Shown: positions 47,301-55,867 of the stretch, piece by piece | How positions within the stretch are numbered: position 1 is the stretch's first letter | Layout: each line of letters begins with the position of its first letter | Assembly (NCBI GenBank): GCA_965645245.1 | Contig: OZ287069.1 | Coordinates: forward strand, 1,364,001-1,428,000 | Direction: 5' to 3' | DNA length: 64,000 nt | DNA from: Massalongia carnosa | Taxonomy: Eukaryota | Made by a program: the position numbers and the translations under genes | Notes under the pieces: generated by a model | What the model was told of the DNA's origin: nothing | Databases searched by the model: none | What the model saw: the letters and a program-made list of their open reading frames with translations, nothing else

Positions 47301-48459
47301 CCAATTTAGTAAACCACTTTGCTTTGGCGAGTTTCGCCAATGTCTCGCTGATCAATGGAATGGGGTATCGACTTTTCTCCGTGATATTATTCAGATCTCG
47401 ATAATCTACGCAAAAGCGAAGACCCCCGCCTGGTTTCCTGACCAATAGTACCGGCGCGGCCGCCTTTGACGAGCTCGGACGAATAAACCCTTTTGCTAAG
47501 TGCTCATCTAGATATTTTCTTACCGCGGTCAATTCCTGTTCGGACATGGGCCGATAATTCTTGATGAACGGGGGCTCGATCCCGGGCATCAAATTGATTT
47601 CGTGATCCTCTTTTCGATGAGGTGCCAACTCGTCTGCCTTAGCCCTCATGAAGACTTCAATCTCGCCATGATAGGCCTCGGGTACTCTTTTTTTCAATTC
47701 TTCCAGAGTATATTCGACTTTGTCTTTCATGAACTTCTCATGATCGTCGCTGGTGACTGCGTTGATACTTGAAGCAGTCAGAAGCTTCTTCTCGTACCTA
47801 TCTAACTTCTTGTTGAGCTTTTCCCTCGGATAGAAACAGTAAGTCTGATGACCCGATCTTCGAAGAAGTTTCATAAATCGCTTCGGGGTGAGGGACTGAA
47901 TATCGAAATTTTCAAAGGCCTCGTTCTTTGCTGAGGCAGTCGTTTCCTTCTCCAAGATTGTGGATTCAAATTTTGAGACTGAATGAGATCGAGGTGCGCA
48001 TCCCTTACTGACGCACCGATTGGAGAACGTCATGGTGCGTTCAACCCAATCAATGTGAGGGTTATGCTCCTGCAGCCATCCATCACCGATGATCAAGGTA
48101 TGATTACCTATGTCGGCCAGATAGCAGAATAACTTTTCCTCATGATCTCCGATTCTGACGGGAACGATAACGGCCTTATCAATGATTTGATGGACTTTTC
48201 CATCCCCAAGTTCCAGTCTGACCCTGTCTCTTTTTTTTAGTCTAATGGTCTCTAGTTTTCTTTTGCGCGCAAAGGATTCATGAAGAAATTGAGCTTCACT
48301 TCCGTTATCGATCATCAACTGATTTTCATTAGAGGCTATACTACATCTAAATAAAAGATGCTTGCCCGGAACGAGATGATCGACAGAAAGAACAGATGCT
48401 CTAACAACCCTTAATGAAACTTCTCGACATTCCTGATGGCGACTATCATCAGGAATCAT
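44389..48459 (-). CDS. pol: Pol: protease-RT-RNase H-integrase-chromodomain-like
   Basis: Motifs MIDNGS, YLDD, ETDASD..YDKEL, HH..GHPG..CSTC, HDRGTQL, GQTE, and C-terminal EEYEVLEIVD. Confidence 0.94.
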   Translation of the reverse strand: MIPDDSRHQECREVSLRVVRASVLSVDHLVPGKHLLFRCSIASNENQLMIDNGSEAQFLHESFARKRKLETIRLKKRDRVRLELGDGKVHQIIDKAVIVPVRIGDHEEKLFCYLADIGNHTLIIGDGWLQEHNPHIDWVERTMTFSNRCVSKGCAPRSHSVSKFESTILEKETTASAKNEAFENFDIQSLTPKRFMKLLRRSGHQTYCFYPREKLNKKLDRYEKKLLTASSINAVTSDDHEKFMKDKVEYTLEELKKRVPEAYHGEIEVFMRAKADELAPHRKEDHEINLMPGIEPPFIKNYRPMSEQELTAVRKYLDEHLAKGFIRPSSSKAAAPVLLVRKPGGGLRFCVDYRDLNNITEKSRYPIPLISETLAKLAKAKWFTKLDVIHAFNRMRIKEGQEWLTAFNTRYGQFEYLVMPFGLCNAPSTFQSYINNSLREYLDYFVTAYLDDVLVFSETETEHIEQVLKVLRRLKERGLQLDIDKCEFSVSEVKYLGMFVGVNGVRMDPEKVTAILEWKTPASVKEVQSFLGFANFYRRFIERFSEKVKCLTELTRGEQYVTKGGKRRTKYQDFVWTTECQQAFEDMKISFTSAPILAHYDPRLETWVETDASDFVVSGILSQMHEGVLKPVAYFSKKMSPAECNYEIYDKELLAIVESFVIWRPELAGVEQSTKVYSDHKNLETFMTLKQLNRRQVRWAEMLAEYNFRIMYRPGKQGGKPDALTRREQDLPMDAEDDRTRYQYQVLLKENQLDDEVKQDLKLYVTTRSMANRERVEDNITTDSSDQIRDEEVEDLTVEEFTINSNDDSDAEKPDELLENLLAEAYQEDAMIQEVMKAKLENLKKLPDKILSNGLRLAMGDLEVRHERLYYKTRLFIPNFDKLKLRLLSDHHNPPMQGHPGYRGMYAKMLENYFWMSMKDDCRRYATNCSTCRRSKAYNDQKQGLLAPLPIPQRKWTDLSLDFVVKLPKCHRRGRTYENILVIVDRLTKRRLYEPMVDIGTKDVLEVLKRRVFSTYGLPNSIVHDRGTQLTAHLWKRICQRLGVKSKPSSAHHPETDGQTENANKVMKNYLRAYVRHAQDDWVDYLPDAEFAVNNHTNASTGMSPFFADHGYHPRSGSEPPQPFDSNVTGRAELMSADKITARQEAMTKWLIEHLTWAQADQMRYANESRAPHPDYKIGDMVYVNTKDFSVDKQSRSLSSKNAGPWKIIRNIDNKAYELEIPEHLKRVGLTPIFHPWKLHLAPTNPFPGQLIEPGPPILIQEDAESSPHEEYEVLEIVDCRETKKYGTQYKATYIGSWDDWNANPPWQPWTDFIRAKEEIRKFHTDNKGKPNAPKDVLFMNNSQPSTSGAAVSEEG

Positions 48460-50048
48460 TCTTTTTCCGAGTCCTCGGACTCGGATGAGTCTTCTCGAAT
48501 GGCGACTCTACTGAGATTCACTGCTTGCCTAATGCAACAGGGGTCTCGGCCCCTATGCCCTGATCCTCTGCACGACCAACATCGGCCCTGTCGTGACAGA
48601 GTCTCTCGTTCCCCGTCCTCCAACTTGGGCGGGTGAAGCGTCCCCTCGTACCAAGCTCCTACCCATCCTTCCGGTTTGGTCGAGACCTGTCCGAATTTCG
48701 AGTTCGGGTTGGCGGAGATGGCGGAGTTGGTCGTAGTCGCTTTTGGTTTGACTGTGATCGAGGTACTGGAGGTGGCGGTCGTGGTTTTGTTTAAACCACG
48801 ACCGACGGAAGAAGAAGGAGAAGTCGTCGTTTTCGCGGGCTTCTGAGATTCCGACTTCGCGTACTTCTGATTCATCTCCTTTCTTCCCTGTTCGATTTTC
48901 CTGGCTTCATGCAAGAGGGTTTCTAGACTGATGAAGTCCCGTCCCAATAGAGACAGCGCGATGTTCGGCCGCAGGGTGTCCTTGAACGTCTCAATTCTCT
49001 CATCCGCGGGGGTTTTTGCACGTTGCCAGAGTTTGAACATTCGATGATAGTATTCAGTCACCGTTTCATCTTTGTTCATGCTTATTTCTTTCAATTCCTT
49101 CTTCGCGTCCTTTGTCAAATATGCTATCCCGAGATAGCTCTCAATTTCCTTGAAGAACGTATTCAAAGAGAGAGTGGGACCGGCATCCACTACCCAGGTG
49201 TGTATGGCGTCGAAAATGGGATCCTTCATCTGCGATAAGGCGTAGTCGATTTTCAACTCCTCACTAGTGTACATTGGGGAGTCGGTTCTGATTTTTCTTT
49301 CCACCGTAAACGCCCATGCACTATAGGCGTCTGAGTTGGAACCGTCGAGGGCCTCCTTCGGGTTGGTGCCTTTGGGTCGATAATTGCTTAAGGGGGCAGC
49401 GACGGCGGATTGATCTTCAGTTTGACCAGTCGATGAGGTCGACGTCTGAGTAGCTTCGCGAGCTAGACGTTTCATCTCTGATATTTCACGAATGAGGTCC
49501 GAGTTTTCCGCTTTGACCTTCTGAGTCTCCAATTTTTCAGCCGCGATATCCTCCTCAAATACTAGTCTCTCGTGATCCCAGCTCTTTATCATTCGGGTCC
49601 ATTCTGCCTGTAGACCTTTTAGATCTTTGTTTCTTTTTTTCAAGTCCTGATATTTCTCGATCAAGACCTCATGTTGTAGGAGCGTGCCGGCTAGAACAGT
49701 GTACCATATGTCGCCGTCTCCCTTTAGGACAAGGGCCCTTCTCAACTCTTCTCGATTGGCCACCTTGATGATCATAGCTGATTTCGACGGATTGCTTTCC
49801 GTCAGACTTCGATAAATGGCATAATTGCTTATGTCGATTTTCGGTTCTGAGGTCGGGGCCTCGATCTTCGGTTCCCTGCCTTTGTCTTTGTTTGTCGGCA
49901 AAACAGTGTCATTTCCCACCTCTTCGTCGGCGGGTTCATATTCGCCTGGTATGCTCTGTGTCGATTGTCGCGACATGGAGCGAGCTCTAGTGTTGAAGGC
50001 CGGCCCCGAGGGAGCGACATCTCTGCTGGATGATTCTAATGAGTTCAT
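48456..50048 (-). CDS. gag: Gag (530 aa) with variant knuckle CWSCRGSGHRGRDPCC
   Basis: ATG lies 47 bp inside the 5' LTR boundary. Coiled-coil region then a capsid-like region (ETVTEYYHRM). Overlaps pol. Confidence 0.88.
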   Translation of the reverse strand: MNSLESSSRDVAPSGPAFNTRARSMSRQSTQSIPGEYEPADEEVGNDTVLPTNKDKGREPKIEAPTSEPKIDISNYAIYRSLTESNPSKSAMIIKVANREELRRALVLKGDGDIWYTVLAGTLLQHEVLIEKYQDLKKRNKDLKGLQAEWTRMIKSWDHERLVFEEDIAAEKLETQKVKAENSDLIREISEMKRLAREATQTSTSSTGQTEDQSAVAAPLSNYRPKGTNPKEALDGSNSDAYSAWAFTVERKIRTDSPMYTSEELKIDYALSQMKDPIFDAIHTWVVDAGPTLSLNTFFKEIESYLGIAYLTKDAKKELKEISMNKDETVTEYYHRMFKLWQRAKTPADERIETFKDTLRPNIALSLLGRDFISLETLLHEARKIEQGRKEMNQKYAKSESQKPAKTTTSPSSSVGRGLNKTTTATSSTSITVKPKATTTNSAISANPNSKFGQVSTKPEGWVGAWYEGTLHPPKLEDGERETLSRQGRCWSCRGSGHRGRDPCCIRQAVNLSRVAIREDSSESEDSEKE

Positions 50049-50750
50049 GTTTTCTGATTAGCCTAATGATTCTGATTGTAGGTCTGAAGATTGTGTGAGG
50101 GATAAAACGAGTTCAATTTCAATAGCCTAGTTCTACACCAAAATCTTCAGACGAAGTCTAAAAGCTTTACTCGGGCGGAGTTCTATATAACCCCTGAAAA
50201 GTCGGTTCCTCGGCACATTACCTAATCGATGCTAGTCTGATGTCAGGTGACCTCAGGACCCTGACACTCAAATAGCCTTGCATAAAGCCTCGCATAAAGC
50301 CTCCCAAATAGCCTCCCAGATAATCTTCACCGCTGTCACGATTCCACCTTTCGCCTTTAGGAGCTAAACCTAATCGAGCACCTACGGGTCGGATAACGAG
50401 ATTCACGAGATAGCGCGGAAAACTCTTTCGCGACCGTACTGCATGAGGGCAAGGGAACGCGTTGGTATATAGGGACGGGTCAGACCTTTCGAGTCTTTCT
50501 TTTCTCTTCATCTTTATTGTTTTCGTTCATGGCGTCCCTATGACTAGCCTCTAGGTAGACCGTAACATTACAATAAAGATCAAACTTCAAACTGTTATCC
50601 TATGTGAAGGATATAAAACAATTCACCTGACAAACACGAAGACACCAGATATTGATACCGACACCGAGAATTAAACATCGTAGAGACGAGACGACCACTG
50701 ACACTGAACCCAAGATACCAGACACCGATAACCAGATACCAGCTTATAAC

Positions 50751-52007
50751 ATGGCACGATCAACCGGGACCGAGGTCCCAAGACACCGGGACTCGATAAT
50801 CCCCGAGACTAGAGAGACAGAGGACGAACTAGAGGTAACGGAGCCTCTGATGATTATAAACCTCCGACAATTGAAGGCATGGATGGAGCACGACCCTCAG
50901 GCCGTGTCCGACATGCTTCAAAACCTGAAGGGAGCATACAACGACTCCGTTGAACGAGGTAACCGAGCTATTGATATGGCTGAGGGATTCCAGACCAGAA
51001 TGAACCAGTTGGAGGGCATGATGTCCTACCAGAAAGAAGAAATAAGAGAATTACAAGGACGGGCCCCCGTGGCCAGCACTGAATTGAGCCGAGAACAGAC
51101 GCGAGAGCCGTCTCGCCCACGAACCCCATCCCCTTCCCGTAGCAGCCGTCGCAGCGACGGCGGTAGGAAGAGGTCGATGAAACTGCCTGACCCGCCTATC
51201 TTCACCGACGGAAAGGAAATCTCCATAGACCATTGGCTGACAAAGATGCGGAGTAAACTAGCAGCCAATGATGACCACATGCCGTCGGAACTACTCAAGA
51301 AGGCATACGTGGAGAACCGGGTAGGAGGAGAAGCAATGGGACACCTAGAACCCCGACTTCGAAAAGGCGCGATGAAGCCCTTTCTGACGGCCGAGGAAAT
51401 GTTTGACCAATTGGAACGCACATACGGCGACCCCAATCGAAAACAAACTGCGATGAACGACTTTCGGTATCTTCGGCAAGGAAGCAAGGATTTCAACACC
51501 TTTTGGGCTGAGTTTCAGCGTCTGGCAGCTGAGCTGGACCATAACGAGGCTACACTAATTAGCGAGTTGAAGCACAAGCTTTCTTGGGGAATGAATCGGC
51601 AATTGGCCACCGGCGCCGAGGCACCGACCGACCTGTATGAGTTCGCGCATAAGTGTCAGCGCTTGTATCAGGACCTCAAGGACTTGGACCGAAGCAAGGC
51701 CAATATGGACCGTTATGCGGAAAGTAAAAGGCCCAGCACCACTGCCTCGAGTTCTAGCGCCCCGACCACGACGACCACAACCTCCACCACCGAGACCTAT
51801 GTCCCTCCCCGTCACGCCATCACGGCCTCGACCCCCAGGCCCTCTTCCTACATGACGGATGAAGAAAAGGAACGATTGACCAGGGAAGGTCGTTGTTTCT
51901 TTTGCAAGGAGCATGGACATTTGTCCAGAGATTGTGAGCTGAAGAGGAAGAGTCGGCCAGCGAAAGTGCAGAAAATCGCTGAAATTGATGACTCGGGAAA
52001 AGAGTGA
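50751..52007 (+). CDS. gag: Gag with CCHC knuckle
   Basis: MAR.. start aligns with the gag at 16841. Motifs KLPDPPIFTDG and CFFCKEHGHLSRDC. Confidence 0.92.
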   Translation: MARSTGTEVPRHRDSIIPETRETEDELEVTEPLMIINLRQLKAWMEHDPQAVSDMLQNLKGAYNDSVERGNRAIDMAEGFQTRMNQLEGMMSYQKEEIRELQGRAPVASTELSREQTREPSRPRTPSPSRSSRRSDGGRKRSMKLPDPPIFTDGKEISIDHWLTKMRSKLAANDDHMPSELLKKAYVENRVGGEAMGHLEPRLRKGAMKPFLTAEEMFDQLERTYGDPNRKQTAMNDFRYLRQGSKDFNTFWAEFQRLAAELDHNEATLISELKHKLSWGMNRQLATGAEAPTDLYEFAHKCQRLYQDLKDLDRSKANMDRYAESKRPSTTASSSSAPTTTTTTSTTETYVPPRHAITASTPRPSSYMTDEEKERLTREGRCFFCKEHGHLSRDCELKRKSRPAKVQKIAEIDDSGKE

Positions 52008-55000
52008 CCTCCATCAAAGACGCAGATGGAGGTGAACCAGTGTTGATTTCGTCGAGCTGTTTACCTGGTGATTTGTTCACCGATGAACCCCTGGTCATAC
52101 AATGTAGACTGGGCAATAGCGAAGAAATAAAAGTGATGGGTCTATTGGACACCGGTGCCACTGGGCATGCTTTTATTGATGAATCAACAGCGCGTGAAGT
52201 TTGTGAAAAGCTTCAGATCTCCCCTCAAAAACTGACAAGACCGAAACCAGTCAAAGGTTTCGACGGTAAACGAGGTAAAGACATTACGCATGCCATTTAC
52301 CCTACCCTGACCGTACAAAATCATAAGGAAACAATAGCCCCTATTCTAATCACGCAGCTGGGGCAACACAAGATGATATTGGGAAAACCATGGATGAGAA
52401 AGCATGGAGTGATTATTGACATGGCCACAGACAAGATAACTTTCTGGCCTGGTCATTGTTCTCATCCTGGAGCTCCTCAGCTGCCCAAGGAGGAAAAGAT
52501 GATGATGGAGTCCGAAGGGGCTAGAACGATCATGAAAATACTGAAACGACCCGAAGAGGCAAGAACGGACACGAAGGAATCAGAGCGGACTAGTCCAGAT
52601 CAGCTCAGTTCGTCAGATTTGTTAGCTAACAAAGCTGACGTAGGGCTATCAGGAAGACCAGCAGACTCTGGAATCGAGGATAAGCCGACTCCCGAAGATG
52701 AGCCGATAGAAATGGCGATGATAGGGGCTGCCGCGTACCGACTGCTCTCCAAACAAAAGAATGTCGAGTTATTCGCCATCTCTTTAAAAGACATCGAGTA
52801 CCAATTGAATAAGGAAGACCAGCCACCCACTGACCCGAAGACGGTAGTTCCCTCAGAGTACCACGAATTCCTAGATGTCTTTTCCAAGACAGCATCTGAC
52901 ACTCTGGCACCTCATCGAACGTATGATCATAGGATTATTCTGGAAGGAGACAAAGATCACGGACATAGTCCGCTTCGGAGCATGTCACAGAAAGAATTGG
53001 AGTTCGTCAAGAAATACCTCGAGGACAACCTTCGAAAAGGATTCATCGAGGCCAGTCACGCAGCGTGTGCTTCCCCTATTCTGTTGGCCAAAAAGCCGAA
53101 CGGAGGCCTGCGTTTCTGTGTCGATTATCGAAGGCTAAATCAACTGTCAAAAAAAGACCGCTATCCCATACCTCTGATAGAAGAAACTCTGGCACAGCTG
53201 AAGGAAGCTAAGGTCTTTTCGAAGATTGATATTCGGCAAGCATTTCACAAGCTCAGAATGGCCATAGAGTCTGAAGACCTGACGACGTTCAACTCTCGTT
53301 TTGGTGCCTATAAATATAAGGTACTCCCATTCGGACTCTCTGGCGGACCAGCTTCCTGGCAACACTACATCAACGATGTGTTATTCGACTATTTGGACAA
53401 GTTCTGCACGGCTTACCTGGACGACATCCTGATTTATAGCAAGAACCTGAAGGATCATCGGGAGCACGTCCGATTCGTTCTGATCAAACTTCGGGAAGCG
53501 GGACTACAAGCAGACGTGGACAAATGCGAATTCCATGTGACGGAAACCAAGTACTTGGGACTGATCATTAGCGTCGATGGCATTCGCATGGACCCAGCTA
53601 AAGTCAAGGCCATCCAGCAATGGGAAATCCCAACTTGTCTACGTGAGGTCCGTTCGTTCATTGGCTTTTGCAACTTCTATCGACGATTCATCAGAGGCTT
53701 CTCGAAAATCGCCAAACCCCTGAACGCACTGACGAAGAAAGAACGAATCTTTGAATGGACCTTAGCATGTGAAAAAGCTTTTCGGACCCTGCAGAAACAA
53801 ATAGGCGAAGCCCCAATTCTGATACACTTCGACCGAGACAAGCAGTGTTACTTGGAAACCGACTCTTCTGACCACGTCAATGGTGGCGTGCTTTCCCAAA
53901 TGGGGGATGACGGAGAACTTCACCCGGTAGCGTTCTTCTCCAAGAATATGAGCCCTGCGGAATGCAACTACGAAATCTACGACAAGGAACTGCTGGCAAT
54001 CATCCGCTGCTTTGAACAATGGAAACCGGAACTGGAAGGCACTGATCTACCAGTGAAGATCTTCACTGATCACCGAAGTCTAGAGTATTTCATGTCCACC
54101 AAAAAGCTGACCAGAAGACAGGCTCGCTGGGTGGAGTTCCTCTCGGAGTTCAATTTCGTCATCACCTATCGCCCGGGCAAGAAAAACGAAAAAGCAGACG
54201 CTCTGACCCGAAGGCCAAACGATAAACCTCAGAACGAGGAAGACGAACGACAACAGCATCAGCTCCAAACGCTGCTGCCCTCGGAAAGACTAGAACTGCA
54301 ACCCATCGAAGAAGCAACGGAATCAGATGAAACTCCTGCCCTTGACGACACTGACACTACCACCGATCCCGATCCACAGCCTTTGGACGAAAAGGTAAAA
54401 CAGGAAAACCTCGAAGATGAACTCTGTACGAAGATCAGAAAAGCGCTGACAGACGACGATACTCCTGCGGACAACACCTTGCCAGACACAAAGAATTGTA
54501 CGGTGAAAGATGGACTGCTATATAAGCGAAAACGCTTATGGGTCCCGGACAACAAGGAAACAATTCTCGAAGTCGTACGGCAAATTCATGACCAGATAGC
54601 GGTTGGGCACCCCGGAATAGCAAGGACCATTCAGACGATCTCTCGAAATTACTACTGGCCGAATATGGGCAAAGATGTTCGCCGCTATGTTCGCAGCTGT
54701 CACGTTTGCAGACGGGCAAAAGCACCAAGGGATAAATACAACGGGCTACTGAAACCCTTGCCCATACCTGACAAGCCATGGTCAGACATCACCCTCGACT
54801 ATGTGACCGGGCTCGCCAAAAGCAAGGAGCAGTACGACGCCATTCTGATGGTTGTGGACCGGATGTCCAAGGAAAGACACTACATTCCATGCACATGTAG
54901 TGACGAAGGAACAATTGCCGAGTCTACAGCGAAGCTGCTCATCGACAACGTCTGGCGTTATCACGGACTCCCGAACAGCATATTATCCGATCGGGGCCCC

Positions 55001-55867
55001 CAGTTCGTGTCAGCGGTATGGAAGGCATGGTGCAAAATTCTGGGAATCACGGCGAAACTGTCCACCGCTTATCATCCCGAAACAGACGGACAAAGCGAAA
55101 TAGCGAACCAAGAAATGGAACGTCACCTCCGGAGTTTCACCAACTATAATCAGGATGACTGGGCGGACCTTCTCCCGATGGCCGAGTTCGCTGCCAACAG
55201 CGCACCGTCGGCCACAACTGGGCTTTCACCATTCATGGCCACAAAAGGATATGAACCGAGGATGAGTTTCGATCCAGCAGAGCTTTCCGCTTCTTCCACC
55301 AGAGAAAGGTTGGCCAACGCCCAAGCTAGGGCCATCACAGACGACATGCAGAAAGTCTGGAACTTCGTCAAGCAAAGAATGGAGCGAGCCCAGGAAAGGC
55401 AAAGAACAGCGGCTGATCGACACCGGACGGAAGTATCTTACGAGGTAGGAGACATGGTGTGGTTATCAACCAAAAACATCAAGACTGAACGGGCTTGCAA
55501 GAAACTGGACCACAAGATGATAGGTCCCTATCGAGTCATGAAATTGGTAGGATCATCATGTCAGCTGGAACTTCCACCCTCGATGAAAATACACGATGTG
55601 TTCCACACCAGCTTGCTCCGAAAAGCTGCAGACGACCCCCTTCCTGGTCAGATAAACGAACCACCCCCACCGGTAGTAGTCGAAGGTAACGACGAATGGG
55701 AACTGGACGACATATTAGACGCACGAAAGCGATATCGAAAGATCCAGTTCAAGGTCAAGTGGAAAGGAATTGACGAAGACCTGACGTGGTATGATGCTGA
55801 CGGCTTCGAAAATGCAGAAGAACTGGTGAAGGACTTTTATCGACGACACCCTAACAAACCACGTTAA
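52004..55867 (+). CDS. pol: Pol: protease-RT-RNase H-integrase-chromodomain
   Basis: Motifs LLDTGA, YLDD, SDRGPQF, GPY and WELDDILD..FKVKWKG. Closely similar to the pol at 11773-15603. Confidence 0.95.
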   Translation: MTSIKDADGGEPVLISSSCLPGDLFTDEPLVIQCRLGNSEEIKVMGLLDTGATGHAFIDESTAREVCEKLQISPQKLTRPKPVKGFDGKRGKDITHAIYPTLTVQNHKETIAPILITQLGQHKMILGKPWMRKHGVIIDMATDKITFWPGHCSHPGAPQLPKEEKMMMESEGARTIMKILKRPEEARTDTKESERTSPDQLSSSDLLANKADVGLSGRPADSGIEDKPTPEDEPIEMAMIGAAAYRLLSKQKNVELFAISLKDIEYQLNKEDQPPTDPKTVVPSEYHEFLDVFSKTASDTLAPHRTYDHRIILEGDKDHGHSPLRSMSQKELEFVKKYLEDNLRKGFIEASHAACASPILLAKKPNGGLRFCVDYRRLNQLSKKDRYPIPLIEETLAQLKEAKVFSKIDIRQAFHKLRMAIESEDLTTFNSRFGAYKYKVLPFGLSGGPASWQHYINDVLFDYLDKFCTAYLDDILIYSKNLKDHREHVRFVLIKLREAGLQADVDKCEFHVTETKYLGLIISVDGIRMDPAKVKAIQQWEIPTCLREVRSFIGFCNFYRRFIRGFSKIAKPLNALTKKERIFEWTLACEKAFRTLQKQIGEAPILIHFDRDKQCYLETDSSDHVNGGVLSQMGDDGELHPVAFFSKNMSPAECNYEIYDKELLAIIRCFEQWKPELEGTDLPVKIFTDHRSLEYFMSTKKLTRRQARWVEFLSEFNFVITYRPGKKNEKADALTRRPNDKPQNEEDERQQHQLQTLLPSERLELQPIEEATESDETPALDDTDTTTDPDPQPLDEKVKQENLEDELCTKIRKALTDDDTPADNTLPDTKNCTVKDGLLYKRKRLWVPDNKETILEVVRQIHDQIAVGHPGIARTIQTISRNYYWPNMGKDVRRYVRSCHVCRRAKAPRDKYNGLLKPLPIPDKPWSDITLDYVTGLAKSKEQYDAILMVVDRMSKERHYIPCTCSDEGTIAESTAKLLIDNVWRYHGLPNSILSDRGPQFVSAVWKAWCKILGITAKLSTAYHPETDGQSEIANQEMERHLRSFTNYNQDDWADLLPMAEFAANSAPSATTGLSPFMATKGYEPRMSFDPAELSASSTRERLANAQARAITDDMQKVWNFVKQRMERAQERQRTAADRHRTEVSYEVGDMVWLSTKNIKTERACKKLDHKMIGPYRVMKLVGSSCQLELPPSMKIHDVFHTSLLRKAADDPLPGQINEPPPPVVVEGNDEWELDDILDARKRYRKIQFKVKWKGIDEDLTWYDADGFENAEELVKDFYRRHPNKPR

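Larger units (their letters stand above)
44218..50266 (-). mobile_element. Ty3/gypsy chromovirus, ORFs intact, TSDs do not match
   Basis: 171-bp LTRs at 44218-44388 and 50096-50266, no difference seen. Flanks are AAGAT and CTCAA. Confidence 0.92.

Noticed and set aside
11916..55724. Many 60-160 aa ORFs overlapping gag/pol on the opposite strand or in other frames
   Set aside because: Shadow ORFs of long retroelement reading frames with no independent motifs. Duplicated short ORFs simply track LTR copies.
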